This document shows positions 8,468-15,512 of a DNA stretch of 39,729 nt, piece after piece. Position 1 is the first letter of the stretch. The number at the start of each line of letters is the position of its first letter. The notes beneath the pieces were generated by a model. It had not been told where the DNA came from. It did no database searches and was given only the letters and a program-made list of their open reading frames with translations. Source of the stretch: a virus; IMG/VR virus record IMGVR_UViG_3300027432_000001, positions 1 to 39,729 of that record; one strand, 5' to 3'. Both the position numbers and the translations under genes were made by a program.

Positions 8468-8793
8468 GGTCGCCCCGAAAACTGAATACCTGGCGGATGA
8501 TCTATGATCTGGCCTCCAATCATTCGGTACTGGCGGTCACTTCTCATGCCGTTCTCTTGTCTCTCTAAATACTCGCGTGCATGTGGCTGCATCCCTACCG
8601 TGTCCAACTGCATGCTCCAACTTGGCTCAAGCTCGTCTGTCTCGTAGCGATCTAAGCCACGCTGCGGAGAAGCAATATAGTCGTTTCCGTGACTTCTATT
8701 TGCGTCGTTCATTCCCATCTGCTCTTCCATCTTGGAGTAGCGCATCTCTTGAGGAACCGTCTCGTAGTCCCCTGGCCATCTCTGATCTTTCAT
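8464..8793 (-). CDS. Hypothetical protein (109 aa)
   Basis: AGGAGG RBS 4 nt before the ATG. Met/Glu/Arg/Gln-rich. Confidence 0.65.
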   Translation of the reverse strand: MKDQRWPGDYETVPQEMRYSKMEEQMGMNDANRSHGNDYIASPQRGLDRYETDELEPSWSMQLDTVGMQPHAREYLERQENGMRSDRQYRMIGGQIIDHPPGIQFSGRP

Positions 8794-8801
8794 ATTGCCT
8801 C

Positions 8802-9128
8802 CTACATTCCGTAATGGTGCTTGTGTCCATCGTGCCCGTGCTGGGTATCGTGGTGTCTCTTATGGTGCCGCTCCAAATGGTGATGCACGTGCTCTTTCGC
8901 GTGATCGTGCTGCTTCTTCTCCATCTCTAGGTGATGCTGTAACCCGTGATGCCCGTGATGATCCATATGCTCTTTCATTGGTCCGCCCCCTTCATATTGC
9001 GGTGTTACTCTTCTGACGGGAACGTGCGCTTCATCTGCTGTCCGCGTCTGTCTGTTGTGCTGCAAGTCCTTACCGGCAACCCTCATGTCGCTGTCGCCGG
9101 CCCCTACTTGCGTATATCCATCTTGCAT
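8802..9128 (-). CDS. Histidine-rich protein (108 aa)
   Basis: By my count 22 of the last 57 residues are His (KEHMDHHGHHGLQHHLEMEKKQHDHAKEHVHHHLERHHKRHHDTQHGHDGHKHHYGM). It is the first ORF downstream of the portal gene. Confidence 0.6.
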   Translation of the reverse strand: MQDGYTQVGAGDSDMRVAGKDLQHNRQTRTADEAHVPVRRVTPQYEGGGPMKEHMDHHGHHGLQHHLEMEKKQHDHAKEHVHHHLERHHKRHHDTQHGHDGHKHHYGM

Positions 9129-9183
9129 CTATAGCGCCTGGATTAAGGTAGAGATTTCAAACACTCAATATTTATACTTGCAA

Positions 9184-9210
9184 TGAGGACCTTGAGGACC
9201 TTGCGGACCT
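9184..9210. repeat. 9-bp tandem repeat x3 (TGAGGACCT TGAGGACCT TGCGGACCT)
   Basis: Read directly in the 155-bp intergenic gap between the portal stop and the His-rich ORF start. Confidence 0.9.
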
Positions 9211-9283
9211 ATGCAGCCACAGCAATTAGTATCTCCGTTACACATAAACCACCTCATTAGTTTGTTTAGAAACCTACATACCA

Positions 9284-11263
9284 TCATTTACCTTTTACTG
9301 CTGGTTGAGGCACTACAGTCTCTGCTGAGGCCAGTCTCTGTTCTTCCTCGATGCCACGTATCATCCCTAAGATCTTCTCTGCGTGATCTACCGTCATTCC
9401 CTGCTGCTTGAGTTCCATCTCTTGAAACTCTTTACCCGCACGTATGATGTCTAGCACGCCTCTTGATCTCTCCTCTTGAGCGGCAGCCAATCGTTCTTCA
9501 CTAAGCGCCGCATCGTACTTGATCCTACTAAGCCGCTCTTCTCCAAGCGCCACGTCTGTAAACGCCTTCGCCTGCAAGAGCTCGTTCACCTGCTTCTTGT
9601 CTTCTTGTTCTTGTTTCGCTGCTTCCTCGGCCTGCTTCGTCTGCGCCTCGATCTGCTGCATGAATTTCTTCTGTATCGGGAATGGCGACAACTCCCATAA
9701 CATCTCATCCGGTACGTTGGTGCCACCCATCTTCATCGTCCACGCCTGAAGGAACGCTTGCTGTTTCTGCGTATCCGTCATCACAGCTTCCACAATATCC
9801 ACGTCATAGTCCAAGAATGTGCCGTTGTAGAACTCTGGTGTCGGTTCGCTCTTTAGTAGTCGCTCTACCTTCTCCGGCGTGTACTTCTGTATCAGCTTCA
9901 GCGTCTTCTTCGCTACCAAGTAGTCGGCCTCGCGGAAGTTGTCCATGATCGGTCCCAGCTGCATGATCGCCATCGACTGCTTCATCTTGAACAATACCGC
10001 ACTCATTCTGTCGGTGTCATCGGTACCAAGCGCGCCAAGATCTACAAAGTCCTTAATGTCCGCATCAAATGACTCCTGCAATGCAAACAAACTCTCGGGA
10101 ATGTTCGGCGGATCAATCTTCTCTACATCGGACGTTTCAAACCCCGGATTCATAAAGATCACCTTGCCCTGTCCCGTTTGGAACAAGGACTTAGGGTTCG
10201 ATACCGCGTTTGATTTAGCCTTCCAACCGATACCAATCTGCGAGTCTACGATGTCCAAGAGCTTCGACTTACGCATGTTATATTCTTCTTGAGAATCACG
10301 TAGTAGTCTCTGTAAAGATTGATATTTCCACTGGTACAGATCGTAGGATGGTTCAAATACGCAGTAGTACGGGACAAACGGGTACTCTCCCATGCCCCAA
10401 GGATCTTCCCCACTGTAAAGTAAACGGTTTTCTACTATGATGTTGTATTCAACCGTCTTGTAGTACCCTTCAATCACTGCGAGATTCGGAAACATCGCCT
10501 GCATCATCGTCAATCGCTTGCGGTCACCCTTCCACGGCTTCTGTGCTCCCGTTGCCTTGTCTACTAAGATCCACCCCTTCTTGTATCGCTGCTTCCAGTA
10601 TTCGTTGTAGGCTAGAAGCTCTTGTAGTCCCCATTGGCGCGCGTAAGGCTCATAGGTGAACTTCTCGTCGCGGTTCCCGTAGCCCATTGCATCGACTTCA
10701 CGCTCGCACCCAGGAACAAGCGACTTGATCACGTCCTTGCTCAGGTACTTTCGCCTCGCCATGAATGTGCAGTCTTCTAGATCCAACCGATAGCTGGGAT
10801 CCCAAATTACGTCGTTCCAGTTATCCATGTGAAAGGAGATGCGGCCATTCACGTAGTCCTGTCTATAGTCGATCCACGGAGATACCCACGATACCCCAGA
10901 AATCAAGCTCCCATGCTTCGCCTTCTGTGTGACGCGATAACCGTTTGGAACCATCACTTGTCGCAATAACTCCGTCAACTGCTCGGCTGTATCTGGGTTC
11001 GCGTTCTCTTTGGGAATCACTATGCTGGCATTCTGGTTCGCCGCTAAATACCCGCTAACCATGTTGATCGTCTTGCGCGACTTGTTAAAAGTAAACGCGT
11101 TGCGACGTTGCGTGTTCAGGTACTGCAACTGCTCAAGACTCCACTGGTTGCCCAAGTAGAACCCAACATCACGATACGCTTCGGCATAGAAGGTATTCAA
11201 AAGCATGTAGGCGCGGTTATAGTCCTGCGTAAAATCCGAAACTACGTCGTAATCTGTCGCCAT
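9284..11263 (-). CDS. Portal protein (659 aa, podovirus/P22-like type with long C-terminal coiled-coil)
   Basis: Size and position fit a portal. The N-terminal signature is YRDVGFYLGNQWSLEQLQYLNTQRRNAFTFNK...MVSGY. The C-terminus is a long Glu/Lys/Gln/Ala helix (QIEAQTKQAEEAAKQEQEDKK...) like portal barrel domains. Confidence 0.85.
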   Translation of the reverse strand: MATDYDVVSDFTQDYNRAYMLLNTFYAEAYRDVGFYLGNQWSLEQLQYLNTQRRNAFTFNKSRKTINMVSGYLAANQNASIVIPKENANPDTAEQLTELLRQVMVPNGYRVTQKAKHGSLISGVSWVSPWIDYRQDYVNGRISFHMDNWNDVIWDPSYRLDLEDCTFMARRKYLSKDVIKSLVPGCEREVDAMGYGNRDEKFTYEPYARQWGLQELLAYNEYWKQRYKKGWILVDKATGAQKPWKGDRKRLTMMQAMFPNLAVIEGYYKTVEYNIIVENRLLYSGEDPWGMGEYPFVPYYCVFEPSYDLYQWKYQSLQRLLRDSQEEYNMRKSKLLDIVDSQIGIGWKAKSNAVSNPKSLFQTGQGKVIFMNPGFETSDVEKIDPPNIPESLFALQESFDADIKDFVDLGALGTDDTDRMSAVLFKMKQSMAIMQLGPIMDNFREADYLVAKKTLKLIQKYTPEKVERLLKSEPTPEFYNGTFLDYDVDIVEAVMTDTQKQQAFLQAWTMKMGGTNVPDEMLWELSPFPIQKKFMQQIEAQTKQAEEAAKQEQEDKKQVNELLQAKAFTDVALGEERLSRIKYDAALSEERLAAAQEERSRGVLDIIRAGKEFQEMELKQQGMTVDHAEKILGMIRGIEEEQRLASAETVVPQPAVKGK

Positions 11264-11296
11264 CTATCCCGCCCAATAGTAATCACCCTAATCGAT

Positions 11297-11325
11297 AGTT
11301 AATGAATTTTTGAATTATTTATCAA
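11297..11325 (-). promoter_or_regulatory. Candidate sigma70-like promoter for the portal/virion operon
   Basis: Minus strand reads TTGATA-17 nt-TTAACT, about 35 nt upstream of the portal ATG. Match by eye only. Confidence 0.3.
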
Positions 11326-11585
11326 GAAAGATTTTGAATCGTAGGCAAAAAAAAGGCCCACCCCGAGAGAGATGAGCCTAGTGTTCAACCCAACCTATGT
11401 AAGAAGACATATGAACAATACCGATTATGCATACTGACAGAAATGGAACAAGAGAAATTTAGCTTTTGACAAGATTTACCAGTGTGGAATAAAGTCTGGA
11501 CTGAAAACATAAAAACAAAAAAAAGGGCCCTAGTTGTTCAAGCTAGAGCCCAAGCTGTTTTTAATGATCAACAGGAGAGCAAAAG

Positions 11586-11629
11586 GAAGAGGTATAGTAA
11601 ACTCTTCGAAGAGGTATAGTAAACTCTTC
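11586..11629. repeat. Two perfect tandem 22-bp palindromic repeats (candidate operator/origin iterons)
   Basis: GAAGAGGTATAGTAAACTCTTC occurs twice in tandem; each unit is GAAGAG-N10-CTCTTC. The pair is bracketed by an 18-bp inverted repeat (11563..11580 vs 11693..11710, 17/18 matched). It lies upstream of the wHTH gene. Confidence 0.9.
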
Positions 11630-11739
11630 TCGCTCTTCAACAGGAAAGAGAGCACAAAAAACAAAGGAGACAACAAATCTGCCTCCATTATAGCTCTCCT
11701 GTTGATTATTGCAAGCAGAAAAACATCAATAGGAGAAAT

Positions 11740-12741
11740 ATGTCAGTTATCCGCTCAGTCCGAGATCGTCAAAATCCATACGTCCAAATCAATAAAAAAG
11801 CTCTAGAAGACCCGAAAATATCACTCAAAGCTAAAGGATTCATTGCGTATTGCCTAAGCAAGAAAGACGACTGGATCTTTTATGTCGACCAACTATGTAA
11901 GGTGCTAAAGGAAAAGGAAGTTAGTATTTACAACATTATAAAAGAATGTATTGATCATGATTACGCTATTCGATGGAGAAAAAGAGATAAACTTGGGAAA
12001 TTCGAAGCTTGGCAAACTATTATTTCTGACAGTCAAGAAGAGATACGAAGATTGAGAGACGAATTGAATTCTGACCCTGAAATTCAAAAGAGTTACGCGA
12101 TAGGATTAAAAAAAGTTCTACCACACCGAGGTTTTCCAGATCTGGATTCCCCACATGTGGAAAACCAAGGACTAATAATAAAGGACTCTAGTAATAATGA
12201 CTTAAGTAAGATTATTATTGAGCCGGAAAAATCTCCCCCTCCGGAGCCTGAACCTACACCACCTAAACCAAAGGAAGAGCCTGCCGGCGGCAATAATAAT
12301 TTTTATAAGTGTCTAGAAGATAAAGAAGACATGTCCTTAAGACAAAAGCGTCAGTTTAACAAGTACCCGCAAGAAGTTATTGATCAGGCGGCACGTTACT
12401 GCTATCATTCTTCTGTGAAACTCGAAGGACCTGGTGCCCGTATAAAGCAGATGCACCACTTCTGTCAGAACCCGCTAGACTACCAAGAGACGATGAAAAA
12501 TCTAGATAAGCCGAAACATAAAAAATTATCTGAGAAACAACGTATTCTTGATTACTTCAAGCACGGAGAAAAGTACAATGGATACGAGTGTTGCATAGAC
12601 AAAACAAATACCGGCATATGCTTTATTCATCCAATGCGAGTACATAGCTACGGGATTATGTGGAACGATACTAACTTTAAAGAAGAATTTGAACTCATTT
12701 TAAAAAGGTTGGAATTGAAATGGACCGATCTAGTACAATAA
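11740..12741 (+). CDS. Winged-helix replication-initiator/replisome-organizer-like DNA-binding protein (333 aa)
   Basis: AGGAGA RBS. The N-terminus NPYVQINKKALEDPKISLKAKGFIAYCLSKKDDWIFYVDQLCKVL..IYNIIKECIDHDYAIR matches the HTH signature of plasmid/phage initiator-type proteins. It has a Pro-rich linker PPPEPEPTPPKPKEEP. The gene is AT-rich and on the opposite strand to its neighbours. Confidence 0.55.
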   Translation: MSVIRSVRDRQNPYVQINKKALEDPKISLKAKGFIAYCLSKKDDWIFYVDQLCKVLKEKEVSIYNIIKECIDHDYAIRWRKRDKLGKFEAWQTIISDSQEEIRRLRDELNSDPEIQKSYAIGLKKVLPHRGFPDLDSPHVENQGLIIKDSSNNDLSKIIIEPEKSPPPEPEPTPPKPKEEPAGGNNNFYKCLEDKEDMSLRQKRQFNKYPQEVIDQAARYCYHSSVKLEGPGARIKQMHHFCQNPLDYQETMKNLDKPKHKKLSEKQRILDYFKHGEKYNGYECCIDKTNTGICFIHPMRVHSYGIMWNDTNFKEEFELILKRLELKWTDLVQ

Positions 12742-12945
12742 GTTCCGATTGTGGTGATGCAGTTCCAAACGAAGAAAATATTTTGGATCTTTCGGCTTGT
12801 GTTAGGGAAGAAATTCAAAGGCAGTTAAAAGAGAAAATTAACATGGATCGACTTGGTTTAACTAGTAGTCAAGAATTGATTGAAATAAGAAAATACTGCT
12901 TGGAGATTAGAGAATTGTTTTACCAAGCGAACAATTTGGAGAATC

Positions 12946-14277
12946 TCACACTTTCCATCCCCATCGATCTCGCATCAATTCGTATTGCACATCGCCAACT
13001 CCAGAATCAGGTCGAAAATCTGCTTCGGTTAGGGCTAGCATGCGAAAAGCGTCCGCACCGTGAGAAGTGTAGTCATGAAACGGCTTATCCCCGTACACCC
13101 GAAACTTCTCGTTGTACTGCTTGCGATAGTTCGACAGACACTTCAACCCGTGCTCGCAGCGCTTCTCATCAAACCAACATCGTGATAGAATCATGCGGAC
13201 CGCTTCTATGCCAGCTTCTAATCCTAGCTTCGGAGCTACGCGAAATGATAATCCCAAGCGTCTCGCCGTCTCCAAGCGAGTCTTTCCTGAAGTTAACTCC
13301 CGAGCTTGAATGTCATGTGGAGCGACGTGAAGATCATATACACATCCGGTTTCTCTGCGATAGTCATCCAAAATTCTGGAATAGTGAGCTAGTCCTTCAC
13401 CTGAATTCTCATAGTAGTTGATCAAATGAATTTCTTTACCAACAAACTGAGCAAACCAGATAGCCGTACTGTCGCCGATTCCAAGGTCCCAATACGTGCG
13501 CACCGGAACCGCAGGGTCGTAGTCAACACGTGCTATTTGACCTTTCTTATTCAGCTGGTCAATCTGGCGGCCATAATAGCTACCCTCCTGGCCCTTGTTG
13601 AAGTCGCAGTAGTATTCTTGCTGTATCATATCTTCGGGCATCCCTTTTCGACGCTCCGACTCTATTTGCTCCTCTGTGAGTACCCCAGTGTCTCTTACCG
13701 TGAGAATCTCGAAAAACCACTCGTCTGGGTTCTTCCTGGCGATTTCGGCAAGATCCCATCCATGATTCTTCCCTCTAGGCGTGTAGATAAATGCACACCA
13801 CCCTCCGTTCGCAGCAAGAATCGGTTTCACGAAGTCATAGGCCATTGGATCGATGAGGCTCCACTCGCTGAAAACTACCCCCCGTGGATTCGTTCCCATG
13901 ATAGCGTCGTACGAGTCGGCACCAATAAGCTGAATCAGCGACTGTCCGTTGCACCCATTGATCCAAATCTTCATCTCTGTGTTATTTGGGTTCGAATCGA
14001 TGATCTGTTTGGGGATATAGTCGATCATGCGCTTGCCGTCATTCGTTATTCCGTCCCAGATGACGCGCTTGGCTTGTGCGAAGCTGGGCAAGAAGTAGTA
14101 GTATGTCCCCGGCTCCATGTATGCCCGCTTGATCATGTAGTTCCACATCGTCGTGTCTTTCCCCCCCCGTCTGTGCACGACCCAACACGCGTTACGAATC
14201 CCACTGTCGAGTGCGTCTAAAATTTTTTCTTGATAGTGACGAGGCGAATATCCATAGGGAATAGTGATTTCCGGCAT
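12946..14277 (-). CDS. terL: Terminase large subunit (443 aa; track ORF to 14358 starts at TTG)
   Basis: ATPase motif WVVHRRGGKDTT. Motif ...RGVVFSEW. Nuclease-domain motifs WDLGIGDSTAIWFAQ and HVAPHD. The ATG at 14277 follows the upstream TGA by 1 nt. Confidence 0.9.
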   Translation of the reverse strand: MPEITIPYGYSPRHYQEKILDALDSGIRNACWVVHRRGGKDTTMWNYMIKRAYMEPGTYYYFLPSFAQAKRVIWDGITNDGKRMIDYIPKQIIDSNPNNTEMKIWINGCNGQSLIQLIGADSYDAIMGTNPRGVVFSEWSLIDPMAYDFVKPILAANGGWCAFIYTPRGKNHGWDLAEIARKNPDEWFFEILTVRDTGVLTEEQIESERRKGMPEDMIQQEYYCDFNKGQEGSYYGRQIDQLNKKGQIARVDYDPAVPVRTYWDLGIGDSTAIWFAQFVGKEIHLINYYENSGEGLAHYSRILDDYRRETGCVYDLHVAPHDIQARELTSGKTRLETARRLGLSFRVAPKLGLEAGIEAVRMILSRCWFDEKRCEHGLKCLSNYRKQYNEKFRVYGDKPFHDYTSHGADAFRMLALTEADFRPDSGVGDVQYELMRDRWGWKV

Positions 14278-14278
14278 A

Positions 14279-14617
14279 TCATATCTCGTAGATAGTTGAA
14301 TCTGGAAAGTGCTTTTGAATATCCTGCTGTCGAGTTTCGGTGATCTCTTTGTATTCAATAACCCCGAGCAAGTCGTGTATCACTTCGATGTTCTCCTTGC
14401 ACATTATCGCGAAAAGAACCACCCGTTTCATCGTCAATATTAGCGCCATGCGATTGTCTGAATCTTGCAAATGGCGACAGATCAATTGGTTTGTGAACGT
14501 GATTTCGTCAGCAAGGCCTGTTAAATCCCCTAGGAACGCGTTTAGCTCCTCGTGGCTAGTAAAGCAGTCTGTCATACGTTGAAGTGTGTCTGAGGTCACT
14601 ACAATGCGTTTTTTCAT
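14279..14617 (-). CDS. Hypothetical protein upstream of terL (112 aa)
   Basis: The track ORF 14279..14749 runs through the tRNA gene. The first ATG outside the tRNA is at 14617 (MKKRIVVTSDTLQRM...). Confidence 0.6.
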   Translation of the reverse strand: MKKRIVVTSDTLQRMTDCFTSHEELNAFLGDLTGLADEITFTNQLICRHLQDSDNRMALILTMKRVVLFAIMCKENIEVIHDLLGVIEYKEITETRQQDIQKHFPDSTIYEI

Positions 14618-14630
14618 GTGTCTCCTGTAT

Positions 14631-14713
14631 TGGGAGATGAAGGATTCGAACCTCCGAAGGCTACAGCCATTTGATTTACAGTCAACATCCTTTAACCACT
14701 TGGATAATCTCCC
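14631..14713 (-). tRNA. tRNA-Tyr (anticodon GTA), type II with long variable arm, no encoded CCA
   Basis: GGGAGATTATCCAAGTGGTTAAAGGATGTTGACTGTAAATCAAATGGCTGTAGCCTTCGGAGGTTCGAATCCTTCATCTCCCA. It has a 7-bp acceptor stem, T-loop TTCGAAT and anticodon loop CTGTAAA. The anticodon and T arms closely resemble E. coli tRNA-Tyr. Confidence 0.92.
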
Positions 14714-14714
14714 G

Positions 14715-14745
14715 AAAAAAAGCAGGTCCATATCCCAGAACCTGC
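14715..14745 (-). terminator. Intrinsic terminator-like hairpin plus U7, ending 1 nt before the tRNA 5' end
   Basis: Minus-strand RNA reads GCAGGUUC-UGGGAUAU-GGACCUGC followed by UUUUUUU. The stem is 8 bp including one G-U pair. Confidence 0.55.
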
Positions 14746-14845
14746 CCACCGACCTACCGTACGCACTACCGGAATCCAGCAGAATAGGTCAGTATTCCTC
14801 TAAAATGTCTAGGGGCTTTACAATCTCAGCCAACCCCTGCATGTA

Positions 14846-14989
14846 TCAATTCTTCTTTAGCTTCTTTACTTCTTTCTTCAGCATGCGAATTTCATCTATA
14901 AGCACGTTAACTACCTTTGGAAAGTCACTAACCAGTCTATGTGGTCGTATATTGTCCCGTGCTCGTCGCAACGCATCCCACTTAGCCAA
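14846..14989 (-). CDS. Small Lys-rich coiled-coil ORF (47 aa): TTG start or amber-readthrough extension of the upstream ORF
   Basis: It lies in the same frame as ORF 14990..15223, directly after that ORF's TAG. Translation: LAKWDALRRARDNIRPHRLVSDFPKVVNVLIDEIRMLKKEVKKLKKN. Confidence 0.35.
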   Translation of the reverse strand: MAKWDALRRARDNIRPHRLVSDFPKVVNVLIDEIRMLKKEVKKLKKN

Positions 14990-15142
14990 CTAGCAACCTT
15001 TACGTTTCGCAATCTTGCCTTTCTCTACAAGACCATCGCGCTTCTTATCCGCTTTCTCCAGATGCTTAAGCTCTTTCCCAACTTTCTTCACGTCTTTTTC
15101 TGTCTTTCTAATCTGCTTGTCCATTTCATCCTCATTCTTCAT
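14990..15142 (-). CDS. Small Lys/Glu-rich protein (50 aa; track ORF extends to 15223)
   Basis: MKNEDEMDKQIRKTEKDVKKVGKELKHLEKADKKRDGLVEKGKIAKRKGC. The longer version overlaps the better-supported 2-TM ORF. Confidence 0.45.
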   Translation of the reverse strand: MKNEDEMDKQIRKTEKDVKKVGKELKHLEKADKKRDGLVEKGKIAKRKGC

Positions 15143-15290
15143 ACTTTTTTCTATTAGCCACCACGTACACAAAAATGTAGCAGTAAAGCGCACAATACAC
15201 CGCATGGCAAGGTCTCTCACCAACTAAAAATATTAGTCCAGGAATCACACTCAAGAATATGGTCGTTACAACTAGAAGCAGCATATTCAT
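15132..15290 (-). CDS. Small two-TM membrane protein (52 aa)
   Basis: MNMLLLVVTTIFLSVIPGLIFLVGERPCHAVYCALYCYIFVYVVANRKKYEE. Its ATG overlaps the TGA of the 58-aa ORF upstream (ATGA at 15287..15290). Confidence 0.55.
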   Translation of the reverse strand: MNMLLLVVTTIFLSVIPGLIFLVGERPCHAVYCALYCYIFVYVVANRKKYEE

Positions 15291-15463
15291 TTGTGGAGGC
15301 CTTTGAGTGTCTCGGCAAGGTGAGCTCGTTTCGCTAACTTGCCCCCCTTCTTCTCGGCTGCTTTGAGCTTCTTCTCTGGTATCTTCTTTCCCTCCGGTAC
15401 CCCCAACTGCTTGTGTAATGCTCCAGGCTTCTTTATCGCTTTCTGTATCCACTTTTCCACCAT
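15287..15463 (-). CDS. Small Lys-rich protein (58 aa), missed by the ORF track
   Basis: MVEKWIQKAIKKPGALHKQLGVPEGKKIPEKKLKAAEKKGGKLAKRAHLAETLKGLHK. GGAG lies 5 nt before the ATG. The KKPGALH..LG...IP motif recalls a widespread small phage/bacterial protein family that I cannot name with certainty. Confidence 0.6.
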   Translation of the reverse strand: MVEKWIQKAIKKPGALHKQLGVPEGKKIPEKKLKAAEKKGGKLAKRAHLAETLKGLHK

Positions 15464-15512
15464 ATAGACTCCATGATTTATTCTCTTTTCTACATATCAT
15501 ATCGCCAGATTT

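Noticed and set aside
9476-10292. Plus-strand ORFs inside the portal gene (9476..9700, 9519..9749, 9682..9948, 9939..10292)
   Set aside because: These are antisense shadow ORFs of the portal gene. They are low-complexity Leu/Ser/Cys/Phe-rich translations with no RBS.
11534-11806. 90-aa plus-strand ORF covering the 22-bp tandem repeats
   Set aside because: The translation is repeat-derived (GRGIVNSSKRYSKLFS), it starts at a non-ATG codon, and it overlaps the better-supported wHTH gene start. I treat the region as regulatory DNA.
12720-14220. Plus-strand ORFs 12720..13421 and 13426..14220
   Set aside because: They lie antisense to the well-supported terL gene and have Arg/Ser/Leu-rich composition typical of shadow ORFs. 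Only the first ~70 codons of 12720..13421, which lie outside terL, look vaguely protein-like. That is not enough to call a gene.
14631-14713. tRNA acting as an amber suppressor, or genome-wide TAG recoding
   Set aside because: The anticodon is GTA (a normal Tyr anticodon). TAG also terminates several well-supported genes, for example at 30368, 33362 and 36913, each immediately followed by the next gene start.
14618-14749. N-terminal 44 codons of track ORF 14279..14749
   Set aside because: This part is the reverse complement of the tRNA-Tyr gene and its flank. The ORF is trimmed to the ATG at 14617.
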